This document shows positions 38,639 to 47,481 of a stretch of 64,000 nt of DNA, piece by piece. The notes beneath the pieces are model-generated. The model ran no database searches. It was not told the DNA's origin and saw nothing but the letters and a program-made list of their open reading frames with translations. This stretch comes from an uncultured Gemmatimonadales bacterium. Lineage in GTDB: Bacteria > Gemmatimonadota > Gemmatimonadetes > Gemmatimonadales > Gemmatimonadaceae. The translations under genes and the position numbers were made by a program. Within the stretch, counting starts at the first letter, position 1. Every line of letters starts with the position of its first letter. The DNA is taken from positions 96,001 to 160,000 of the forward strand of contig CAVPQB010000004.1 of assembly GCA_963707505.1 (NCBI GenBank). The letters are read 5' to 3'.

Positions 38639-40333
38639 TCAGCCATCCCATCCCGTCAGGAGCGACTGTTCCAGGTCCAGGTCCCGCTCCACCCTGTGAA
38701 GCACGCCGTCACTGATGTCGCCGTCGTCACGCATCTGAATCAACCGCTGGCGCTCGGCGTCCAGTGCCGCCAGGCGCAGCAGACGATATGAGCCAGCTCG
38801 ACGCCCATCCAGGTCAGCCTCCACGGCATCGTCGTCAGGGACGTCCGGATCACCATTGGGGTCCGGCGGCGGGATCGACCTGGTGCGTACCTCATTCGAG
38901 TAACGATGAACGCGGTGCGTGTATTCGTTTCGAAGAGCGTCTACCACGCCGCGCGCGTCGGCGTCGCCGAGCTCCGAAGACAAGCCAGTCTCGCTGGCGC
39001 CAATCTGGTCCAGCCGCGCGAGTGCTGCCTGCGCGATCTGCAATCGCGCATTTGTCTCCTCGAATGCATCGGCGCGATCCGGCTCGAGGCCGAGCTTCCA
39101 GATCAACGGCCGCAACGTCAGTCCCTGCCCGACGAGAGTTACGAGGATGACGACGAACGTTACGAAGATCACCACGTCGCGCCCCGGAAATGGTGCGCCT
39201 GATGAAGTGACGAACGGAACCGACAGTGCGAGCACCAGCGATACCGCGCCACGGAGTCCCGCCCATCCCACGAAGAAAACATTCCGCCATGGCGGGTACG
39301 GAGGCTGCCGGTCCATGAATCTGCGTCTCAGGTACCGTGGCGCGTATGCAGCCGGAAACACCCACGCAAGACGCAGCACTATCACGACGGCGCTCACCGC
39401 GGCCGCCGTGGCGATCAATCTGGATAGCGTCTCCTCTCCGCCGGCACGGACTGCACCAAGTGCCAGCGGAAGTCCGAGCCCGACGAAGATGAAGAGCAGA
39501 CCTTCGAGCAGAAAGTCGACGATCTCCCACATGTTGATGGCCTGAATCCGTGATGCCGCGGTCAACAGGCGCGCCGATGCGTGGCCCAGGTAGAGGCCTG
39601 CGACGACGACCGCGAGAACCCCGGATACTCCAGCACGGTCCGCGGCAAGGAATGCGACATATGGCGTGAGTAGCGATATGCTGCTCTCGAGCACCGGACT
39701 CCGCTCCGAGGTTCGCCCGATCCAGCGCCGTAGCGACGCGATGCACCATCCAGCGGCCAGACCGAAGATTATTCCGCCGCCTGCCGCCCACAGAAAGCTC
39801 AGCAACGCGGGCCCGAGCGAGAACGTGCCAGTGTTGCCCGCCGCGAGCGCCATCTCGAAGATCACCAGCGACGTCGCATCGTTGACGAGGCTCTCGCCTT
39901 CGAGAATCGAGACAAGCGTGCGAGGCACGCCGAACCGTCGCATCACCGCCGTTGCCGCGACCGCGTCGGTCGGCCCCACCGCTGCGCCCAGTGCGAACGC
40001 TGCTGGCCACGATAGCGACGCGAACATCACATGCGCAACGGCCGCGACGACCCCGGCGGTCGCCACCACCAGTCCAATCGCGAGGAGCATGATGTCCACG
40101 CCGTTTCGCCGAAACTCGCGATACGACGTGTTTATCGCCGCCCAGTACAGTAGCGGCGGCAGGAAGATGAAGAAGATGAGATCCGGGTCCACGCGGACGG
40201 TGGGGGCCGCGGGCACCAGGGCGAGCAGCGTGCCGGCGATGACGAGCAGGATGGGACGCGGCACTCCTATTCGCCGGGACAACATCTCCAGTCCCGCCGC
40301 GACGATCAGGAGGAAGATGACGGTCTCTACCAA
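38639..40333 (-). CDS. CPA1 family Na+/H+ antiporter (YjcE/NhaP-like)
   Basis: FLPPLLY, GPTDAVA, LEGESLVNDAT, WAGLRGAVSL, VERDLDLE. Confidence 0.93.
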   Translation of the reverse strand: MVETVIFLLIVAAGLEMLSRRIGVPRPILLVIAGTLLALVPAAPTVRVDPDLIFFIFLPPLLYWAAINTSYREFRRNGVDIMLLAIGLVVATAGVVAAVAHVMFASLSWPAAFALGAAVGPTDAVAATAVMRRFGVPRTLVSILEGESLVNDATSLVIFEMALAAGNTGTFSLGPALLSFLWAAGGGIIFGLAAGWCIASLRRWIGRTSERSPVLESSISLLTPYVAFLAADRAGVSGVLAVVVAGLYLGHASARLLTAASRIQAINMWEIVDFLLEGLLFIFVGLGLPLALGAVRAGGEETLSRLIATAAAVSAVVIVLRLAWVFPAAYAPRYLRRRFMDRQPPYPPWRNVFFVGWAGLRGAVSLVLALSVPFVTSSGAPFPGRDVVIFVTFVVILVTLVGQGLTLRPLIWKLGLEPDRADAFEETNARLQIAQAALARLDQIGASETGLSSELGDADARGVVDALRNEYTHRVHRYSNEVRTRSIPPPDPNGDPDVPDDDAVEADLDGRRAGSYRLLRLAALDAERQRLIQMRDDGDISDGVLHRVERDLDLEQSLLTGWDG

Positions 40334-40403
40334 CGCTGCTCCGTGGCTCGGCGTATGCGCAGATCATACTGCTCCACTACAACAATGTACGGTATTCCAT
40401 TTA

Positions 40404-41345
40404 ATGACAGATATGCGCAGAATCGGATCGCTCACGGTCTCCGCTGTCGGACTGGGGTGCAATAATTTCGGGGGCCGGCTGGATGAGCAGGCAACTGGAC
40501 GGGTCGTGCACGCCGCGCTCGATGCCGGCATCAACTTCTTCGACACGGCCGATATCTACGGCGGCGGTGGAAAGAGTGAGGAGTTTCTGGGCCGCGCGCT
40601 CGGGAGCCGCCGCACCGAAGTCATCGTCGCGACCAAATTCGGCATGCGAATGGACGACGATCATCGCGGCGCGCGCCCCGAATACGTGCGCAGCGCCGCC
40701 GAGGACAGCCTCCGGCGACTCGGCACCGATTACATCGATCTGTATCAGCTTCACACTCCCGACTCCGACGTGCCGATCGCCGACACGCTGGGTGCAATGA
40801 ACGAGTTGGTGCAGGCCGGCAAGGTGCGCGAGATCGGATGCTCCAATTTTTCCGCTAACGAGATTCGTGACGCGGAGCAGAACTCACGGGATCGTGGCAT
40901 CGCACGCTTCGTGAGCGTGCAGAATGAATACAGTCTTCTGCATCGTGATCCGGAAGTGGAAGTGCTCGCCGAATGCGAGCGCGTACACGTCGCATTCGTA
41001 CCGTTCTTTCCTCTGGCCAGCGGGCTGCTGACAGGCAAGTACCACCTGGGTCAACCGGCGCCAGAAGGAAGCCGGCTGGCGAGCGGACCGCGCGCTGCGC
41101 AACTGACTGATGACAGGCTCGAGCTCGTCGAAGAGTTGCGCGCGTTTGCGCAATCACGCGGACATACACTTCTCGAGCTCGCGTTTTCATGGCTTCTTGC
41201 ACGTCCCGTAGTGGCTTCCGTAATCGCGGGCGCAACGAAGCCCGAACAGGTGACGTCGAACGTCGCTGCGGCGAGGTGGCAGTTGAGCAACGCTGATCTC
41301 GACGCGATCGACACAATCGTGCCGCCTCCCCGCTCAGATCACTGA
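40404..41345 (+). CDS. Aldo/keto reductase
   Basis: VGLGCNNFG, FDTADIYG, VATKFG, IDLYQLH; the upstream part of ORF 39666 is an antisense shadow. Confidence 0.93.
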   Translation: MTDMRRIGSLTVSAVGLGCNNFGGRLDEQATGRVVHAALDAGINFFDTADIYGGGGKSEEFLGRALGSRRTEVIVATKFGMRMDDDHRGARPEYVRSAAEDSLRRLGTDYIDLYQLHTPDSDVPIADTLGAMNELVQAGKVREIGCSNFSANEIRDAEQNSRDRGIARFVSVQNEYSLLHRDPEVEVLAECERVHVAFVPFFPLASGLLTGKYHLGQPAPEGSRLASGPRAAQLTDDRLELVEELRAFAQSRGHTLLELAFSWLLARPVVASVIAGATKPEQVTSNVAAARWQLSNADLDAIDTIVPPPRSDH

Positions 41346-41809
41346 GCGATGCTCTGTGTTCGTGCGCGCCACGCGCGGATCGCGCTGGTGTGTACTGGAT
41401 AGTGGCCGTAGGTATCGAAGCGCAGACGGCGGCGGAATCGAGTTTCGCGCGTGAAGAGCTCTTCCGGTGCCGCGGCGACGTAATCGATGAGCCGGCCGTG
41501 CACTTCACCATGTTGCCGTAGCACTTCGGCGAGTGAAAGTCCGCTTCGTTGTTCCGTCATCATGGCGTTGAATGCGTCGATGCCACCGTACGTCACTGAG
41601 TAACGCGGCGATGCACCGCCGGACCGGATCACAGGCAGATACTTGAGCGCTTCCTCTTCCCACCAGGTCACGTGTGCGATGATGTCACGCACTGACCACT
41701 CGCCGGTGACGCGTGGAATCATCAGCTGGGATTCTGACAACCCGGCGTACGATTCCTCGAAATCCTTCCAGGCTGAATCCAGCCGCCCGAGCAGCTGCTG
41801 TCTCTTCAT
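41339..41809 (-). CDS. DinB superfamily four-helix bundle protein (ClbS/DfsB-like)
   Basis: GEWSVRDIIAHVTWWE...DAFNA...GHYPVH pattern. Confidence 0.75.
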   Translation of the reverse strand: MKRQQLLGRLDSAWKDFEESYAGLSESQLMIPRVTGEWSVRDIIAHVTWWEEEALKYLPVIRSGGASPRYSVTYGGIDAFNAMMTEQRSGLSLAEVLRQHGEVHGRLIDYVAAAPEELFTRETRFRRRLRFDTYGHYPVHTSAIRAWRARTQSIAQ

Positions 41810-41836
41810 GATGCGCTTCCGTTATGATGATGGATA

Positions 41837-41936
41837 CCAGCCAGTTTCGGACAGCCGGGTGTCGGTCCTCACGGATCATACCACCTCGTTCAGCTCCCGA
41901 CCAGCGATCGCAAGTTATATGTCCGAAAATGGCTAG
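41837..41936. promoter_or_regulatory. Two inverted copies of an 18-bp box in the divergent intergenic region (putative Ada-type operators)
   Basis: CCAGCCAGTTTCGGACAG (41837-41854) matches the reverse complement of 41919-41936 (CTAGCCATTTTCGGACAT) at 15/18 positions. Confidence 0.6.
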
Positions 41937-41967
41937 TCGTTCTGCCGAAATCGTGCTATGATATGGC

Positions 41968-43425
41968 ATGACAACGGACCCGGCGGCACTCTACAACGCC
42001 TTCACATCCCGCGATCCCCGCTTCGACGGCGTGTTCTACGTAGGCGTTACGTCGACTGGGATCTATTGCCGCCCCGTGTGCACGGCGCGGACCCCGAGAG
42101 CCGCCAACTGCCGTTTCTTCGACAGCGCCGAAGCTGCGGAGAAGGCATCGTTCAGACCGTGTCTGCGTTGCCGGCCGGAGCTGGCGCCCGGGAACGCGCC
42201 CGTCGACGACGCGCATCGGATCGCCAACCTCGTTGCGTATCGTATCGAGGAAGGGATGCTCGATAACGGTGCGGGTCTCGAACAGGTGGCCGCGAAGTTT
42301 GGCTGGAGCTCACGCCAGATTCGGCGCATCCTTCACAAGGAACTCGGCGTATCGCCGATGGAGCTCGTGATGACGCGCCGCCTCCTGCTTGCGAAGCAAT
42401 TGTTGACCGAGACCGCACTTCCCGTAAGCGAAGTGGCGTTCGCGAGCGGGTTCTCGAGCCTTCGCCGGTTCAACGACGCGTTCAGTGGTCGTTACGGAAT
42501 TCCACCGACGCGCCTGCGCAAGGTCGCGAGCGAGTCATCTGTAAGCGCGGTGCCGACCGACACTTTCGCGCTGCAGTTAGCCTATCGCCCCCCGTTCGAC
42601 TGGACGGGGATGCTCGACTTCCTGCGCCTGAGAGCGTCGAAAGGGGTTGAGCGCGTGGATGACGATTCCTACTCGCGCACCATACGACTCGGAAATCACA
42701 CGGGTTGGATTCAGGTGCGCCACATACCCACCAGACGCGTGCTGCTGGTCGAGCTCACGCGCTCATTGATGCCCGTGCTCCCCGCACTGTTGACCAGGTT
42801 GCGCAGCATGTTCGACCTGAGCGCTCGCCCCGACATCATCTCCGCGCAGCTGATGCTCGATCCGTTGTTGACGGACGTCGTCGCAGCAAATCCAGGTATG
42901 CGCGTGCCCGGGGCGTTCGACGGATTCGAGCTTGCGGTGCGCGCGATACTTGGCCAGCAGATCACGGTGAAAGCAGCGACGACGCTGGCGGGTCGCTACG
43001 TCAACGCGTTCGGTGATAGCATCGTCACGCCGCACGATGGTCTCACGCATCTCGCGCCAACCGCGCAACGCGTCGCAGATCTTGCCGTGGACGACATCGC
43101 GTCACTCGGCATCATCCAATCGCGCGCCCGCGGGATCATCGGGCTCGCGACGGAGGTCGCGTCCGGCCGTCTCGAGCTCGACGCCGGCGCCGATCCGGAC
43201 TCAACCATGAAGCAGCTCATCGCGCTCCCCGGCATAGGACGCTGGACTGCTCATTACATCGCCATGCGCGCACTTCGCTGGCCAGACGCGTTCCCCAAGG
43301 AAGACGTCATCCTCCGCAACAACCTTGGCGGGGTTACCGCCGCCCGGGCGGATGAGATGTCTCAGGCGTGGCGCCCGTGGCGCAGCTACGCTACACTGCA
43401 CTTGTGGAGAGGGGCGGTGCGGTAA
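41968..43425 (+). CDS. alkA: Ada-AlkA fusion: Ada Zn-binding domain, AraC HTH and 3-methyladenine DNA glycosylase II
   Basis: TGIYCRPVC...FRPCLRCRP; SGFSSLRRFND; VRAILGQQIT; LPGIGRWTA.YIAMR; WRPWRSYA. Confidence 0.93.
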   Translation: MTTDPAALYNAFTSRDPRFDGVFYVGVTSTGIYCRPVCTARTPRAANCRFFDSAEAAEKASFRPCLRCRPELAPGNAPVDDAHRIANLVAYRIEEGMLDNGAGLEQVAAKFGWSSRQIRRILHKELGVSPMELVMTRRLLLAKQLLTETALPVSEVAFASGFSSLRRFNDAFSGRYGIPPTRLRKVASESSVSAVPTDTFALQLAYRPPFDWTGMLDFLRLRASKGVERVDDDSYSRTIRLGNHTGWIQVRHIPTRRVLLVELTRSLMPVLPALLTRLRSMFDLSARPDIISAQLMLDPLLTDVVAANPGMRVPGAFDGFELAVRAILGQQITVKAATTLAGRYVNAFGDSIVTPHDGLTHLAPTAQRVADLAVDDIASLGIIQSRARGIIGLATEVASGRLELDAGADPDSTMKQLIALPGIGRWTAHYIAMRALRWPDAFPKEDVILRNNLGGVTAARADEMSQAWRPWRSYATLHLWRGAVR

Positions 43426-43449
43426 AATTTCGAGAGGTCGTAGATTCAT

Positions 43450-44358
43450 ATGCGTGTCCTGAGCCTGCTTCCGGCATCGACGGAGATCATCGCCGCCCTT
43501 CGCGCTGGCGATTCCATCGTCGGCATCACGCACGAGTGCGACTTTCCAGCGGACGTCGTGCGCACGCTCCCACGCGTGACGCGCTCGACGATGAATGCGA
43601 GCCTGACGACTCCACGCGAGATCGACGAGGCGGTGCGCAGTCTGTCGCATGCGGGCGAGCCGCTCTACCTGCTCGACGAGGAGGCGATCACCTCACTCGC
43701 ACCGGATCTGATCGTCACGCAGGCGCTGTGCGAAGTGTGCGCCGTGAGCGAGACCGACGTGCGCGCGATCGCAGCGCGACTGCCGAGCAATCCGGAGGTG
43801 GTGACTCTCTCCGGCTCAACCTGGAACGGCGTTGCGGAGGACATGCGCCGCGTCGGTGCAGCGCTCGGCTGTGTGGATACGGCCGCGGAAGTCGTCGAGT
43901 CACTCGAGGCACGTATTCGCGACGTGCACGAGGCACTGCGCGCCGCCCGCGCGCCGCGTCCTAACGTCGCTGTGATCGAATGGACCGATCCGATATTCGC
44001 GGCCGGCCACTGGGTCCCGGAGCTGGTGCGGCGCGCCGGTGGCCACGAGCTGATGTCAGCTGCAGGCGAACATTCCACCGTTCGCTCAGTTGAAGCAATC
44101 AAATCTGCTCGACCCGAGCTGCTCATAGTCGCGCCTTGCGGTTACGACGCGGAGCGCGCGGCGTGGGCCGCGCGCGAATTGCTCACACTGGACGAATGGG
44201 CGTGGGCTGGTGGGATTCCGGTCTGGGCGGTCGATGCCAACTCCTTGCTCAGCCGCCCGGGCCCGCGTCTCGTGAACGGAATCGAGACTCTCGCCTCGAT
44301 CATGCATCCGGATCTGTTCCCGGTATCGGCTGAGTCGAACGCGATACGGGTTGCGTAG
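43450..44358 (+). CDS. BtuF/Fe-siderophore class III substrate-binding-fold protein without signal peptide
   Basis: MRVLSLLPASTEII...GITHECDFP...QALCEVCAV...AGHWVPE...SRPGPRLVNGIE. Confidence 0.82.
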   Translation: MRVLSLLPASTEIIAALRAGDSIVGITHECDFPADVVRTLPRVTRSTMNASLTTPREIDEAVRSLSHAGEPLYLLDEEAITSLAPDLIVTQALCEVCAVSETDVRAIAARLPSNPEVVTLSGSTWNGVAEDMRRVGAALGCVDTAAEVVESLEARIRDVHEALRAARAPRPNVAVIEWTDPIFAAGHWVPELVRRAGGHELMSAAGEHSTVRSVEAIKSARPELLIVAPCGYDAERAAWAARELLTLDEWAWAGGIPVWAVDANSLLSRPGPRLVNGIETLASIMHPDLFPVSAESNAIRVA

Positions 44359-44372
44359 CCCTCCGGCAATTA

Positions 44373-44398
44373 CCCTCTCGGGCAATTACCCGAGAGGG
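44373..44398. terminator. Hairpin between convergent genes
   Basis: CCCTCTCGGG-caatta-CCCGAGAGGG 10-bp stem. Confidence 0.6.
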
Positions 44399-44408
44399 AT
44401 ACACAGAA

Positions 44409-45800
44409 TTACCGATTCACCCTGTACGGTGCCAGTTGCGGATCCACAGTTTTCTTGTCGCCGACCACCACGAGCGTCATGTGCTCGGGCTTGAGGTACG
44501 TCTGCGCCATGTGCTGCACTTCCGCCGGGGTGACAGCGAGAACCCGCTGGACGTAGTTGGCGAGATATGAGTTACCCAATCCCTGCTCGTCGACGAATGA
44601 GAGCTGGTTCACGATCCCTCCGCGCGATGCGTTTCGAAGCGTGAAGAGGCCGATCATGTTGTTCTTGATACCGCTCAGCTCGGGCTCGCCCGGCGCCGCG
44701 CCCTGCAACCGCGCGATCTCACCAAAGATTTCCTTGAGCGACGCACCCGTCACGGCAGTTGTCACGTCAGCCTGCTCGGCCCAGTTCGCTTCGTGATAGT
44801 GCGTGCTCACAGAGCTGTACGGTGAATACGTGTAACCCTTCTGCTCGCGGATGTTGGTAGTGATTCGTGAGCCGAAAGTGCCGCCGAGCAGTGCATCCAT
44901 CACGTTTAGCTGCATGTAGTCGGCGGAGGTCGGGCCGGGAACGGGCACGCCGAGAATCAACGTCGACTGCACCGAGCCAGGTCGGTCAATCAGCGTTACT
45001 GTTCGCTTCGTGCTTGGCGCTGGCGGCTTGATCGTTGGACGCGCACCAGCATTCCATCCCGAAAACACATCGCGCGCCGCACGCTCGACCGAAGCAGGAT
45101 CAAAAACGCCAACAACGTACAGATGGGCGCGCGCTGCACCGAAGTTCCTGGCGTAGAAGTCGCGCACCTGCGTGATCGTGTATCCGCCCAGCATCGCGGC
45201 TGTCGGAAACGTGCGGCCGTATGGATGATCACCGTAGACCTGTCGCGCATAAGCTTCCTGCGCGACGGGCTGCGGCTGACTCAGTGCGATTGCAAGGTTG
45301 CGGGCCTCGTTCGCCTTGATGCGCGCGAGCTCGCTTTCGGGGAACAACGGATGCTGTGCGACATCGGCGACGAGTTTCACCATATCTGCGGCTCGCTCAC
45401 CGAGCACTGCGCCGCCGATCTGCGACATGTCGTCCCCCGCGGATGTGGTCAGCTCGCCTCCCATGCCGGCGACGTCATCGGCGATCTGGGTTGCGCTCCG
45501 TGTCGTTGTTCCCTCGCGCATGAGATCGGTCGTCACGTCGGCCAGCCACGTCCGTGTCGCGGGTTCGTCGATGTGGCCGGTGCGAAGCTCCAGATAGATC
45601 GACGCCTTGGGAATCTTACCGAACTGGACGAGCGTGACCTTCATTCCATTCGCGAGCGTGATGTCCTGTCGCGGCGGAATGTGGAACGCTTTTGGTGTTC
45701 CCAGTGGTGGGGGCGGCTCGCGTGTGGTCGAGGTCTGTTGTCCATTCACCGTGGCCGCAGCGCCGAGTGTGATGAGCGCGGCTGATATGATGTTTTTCAT
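44409..45800 (-). CDS. M16 peptidase, non-catalytic subunit, secreted
   Basis: LANGM, MREGT, HPYG, SRITTNIREQKGYTY; no HXXEH; signal peptide. Confidence 0.9.
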   Translation of the reverse strand: MKNIISAALITLGAAATVNGQQTSTTREPPPPLGTPKAFHIPPRQDITLANGMKVTLVQFGKIPKASIYLELRTGHIDEPATRTWLADVTTDLMREGTTTRSATQIADDVAGMGGELTTSAGDDMSQIGGAVLGERAADMVKLVADVAQHPLFPESELARIKANEARNLAIALSQPQPVAQEAYARQVYGDHPYGRTFPTAAMLGGYTITQVRDFYARNFGAARAHLYVVGVFDPASVERAARDVFSGWNAGARPTIKPPAPSTKRTVTLIDRPGSVQSTLILGVPVPGPTSADYMQLNVMDALLGGTFGSRITTNIREQKGYTYSPYSSVSTHYHEANWAEQADVTTAVTGASLKEIFGEIARLQGAAPGEPELSGIKNNMIGLFTLRNASRGGIVNQLSFVDEQGLGNSYLANYVQRVLAVTPAEVQHMAQTYLKPEHMTLVVVGDKKTVDPQLAPYRVNR

Positions 45801-45819
45801 CTGTCTGATCTCCGCGCTA

Positions 45820-47238
45820 TCATGGGTTTGCGCCGCTCTTGGCGGCAGGTACGATGAACTCGACCGTACGATTGGTCGGAGCGAGATATTCCTGCGCAGT
45901 CCTGAGCAGCAACTCCGGCGTCACGCTCGCGAAGCCGGCTTCGAGCTTGTTGATCTCTGCGGGATCGTTGTCGAACAATGCGAAGGATGCGAGCAGGTTT
46001 GCGCGGCCGAAGCCAGCAGACTGCTCCAGCTCCTGGTACAGGCTCGACCGCAGCTTGACGAGCGCAAGGTCGAGCACCGCCTGACTCACCGGAGTCGTAC
46101 GCAGCGGCGCGATCGCGGTGTCCATCGCTGCCAGTAGTGTCTCGCCGGACTTTCCGGAGTCGTGAAATGCCTGTATCTCCCAGAGCATCGGTCCCTGATA
46201 GTCGAACATGTCGCCGAGTCCAAAGTTGATACCGGCATCGACGCTTCCTGTAAGGCCGCGTTTCTGCACCAGCTCCTGATAGAAGCGCGAGTTCTGTCCT
46301 TGCGCCAGAATCTGATCCAGCAACCCGAACGCATACCACTCTGGCGTCAGGCGCTGCGGTACGTGATACGCAACTCCGATTGCGGGGCGTGTGGCAAGCG
46401 AGTCAATTCTCGTGAAGCGCTTCTCGGCCGTTTGCGGAGGCTCTGAGAGGTCGGGCCTGGGTGGGAGCGCGGCGGCGGGGATGGAACCGAAATATTCGGT
46501 TATCCAGCTACGCACATCGTTACGGTCGTAGTCGCCGGTCACGACGAGCACCGCGTTGCCGGGCGAATAATACGTGTGAAAGAAGCTCTGAACGTCGCTC
46601 AGGTTCGCTGCGTCGAGGTCATGCATGTCGCCGTAGAAGTTGTGCGCGTTGTACCAGTTGGTGTTCGCGTGCATCGGCAGATCGATCCACGGAAAGCCGC
46701 CGTACGGCTGGTTCAACACGTTGACGCGAACCTCGTTCTTGACCACGTCGCGTTGGTTATTGAGATTGGCGGTGTCGATCACGAGTCCACGCATTCGATC
46801 GGCCTCGGCCCACAGAATCCTGCGCACCGCGTGGGTTGGTACGACCTCGAAGTAATTGGTGAAGTCGAATCGAGTGGAGCCATTCAGGATACCACCGTTC
46901 TGCTCCACCAGCTTTACGAACTGAAGCTTGCCGAGGTTGCGCGAACCCTGGAACATGAGATGCTCGAAGAGATGCGCGAAGCCGGTTCGGTCACGCGGCT
47001 CGGTGCGGAATCCTATGTTGTAATACACAGCGACCACCGCAGTCGGTGTGGTCGAGTCCGGAGACAGCACCACACGAAGTCCGTTATCGAGCTTGTAGAA
47101 CTCGACGGGAATGTGCAGCGCAGCTGCAGCGCTTGTTGGAGCTCTGGAAGGAGCCTGAGCCCGGACAGCCACTCCGGCTGGACTGAGTACAGCGGCTCCC
47201 AGGATGAAGATGTGACGCAGGCGATACACGGGCACCAT
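45820..47238 (-). CDS. M16 peptidase, catalytic subunit, secreted
   Basis: TGFAHLFEHLMFQGS (HXXEH), NGST..D.TNY, EADRM, VVKNE; signal peptide ending VRA-Q. Confidence 0.93.
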   Translation of the reverse strand: MVPVYRLRHIFILGAAVLSPAGVAVRAQAPSRAPTSAAAALHIPVEFYKLDNGLRVVLSPDSTTPTAVVAVYYNIGFRTEPRDRTGFAHLFEHLMFQGSRNLGKLQFVKLVEQNGGILNGSTRFDFTNYFEVVPTHAVRRILWAEADRMRGLVIDTANLNNQRDVVKNEVRVNVLNQPYGGFPWIDLPMHANTNWYNAHNFYGDMHDLDAANLSDVQSFFHTYYSPGNAVLVVTGDYDRNDVRSWITEYFGSIPAAALPPRPDLSEPPQTAEKRFTRIDSLATRPAIGVAYHVPQRLTPEWYAFGLLDQILAQGQNSRFYQELVQKRGLTGSVDAGINFGLGDMFDYQGPMLWEIQAFHDSGKSGETLLAAMDTAIAPLRTTPVSQAVLDLALVKLRSSLYQELEQSAGFGRANLLASFALFDNDPAEINKLEAGFASVTPELLLRTAQEYLAPTNRTVEFIVPAAKSGANP

Positions 47239-47481
47239 GGTCGTCTCTTTGGGTGAGTGGTAAGGGAACATGGAGGACAGTACGGCGTCCGGCAAGTCGC
47301 CAGGTCCGGGATGTAGCGGGTACTGCGGGCGCGGTTCAGCAGGTCTCGATGCATGCGGCTTCCTCGCGAGCCACGAGTAGATGATTCGCCCCGCGGTCGG
47401 TCGAGGTTGATGTGAGATAGCGGAGGCAGCAGAGAACCCTCGGGGTTCGTAAGTTTTTCACATCCCTTCCAAGGACTCTTC

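Noticed and set aside
38892..40403. 491-aa Arg-rich ORF and the N-terminal half of ORF 39666..41345
   Set aside because: Alternative-frame and antisense shadows of the Na+/H+ antiporter gene in high-GC DNA.
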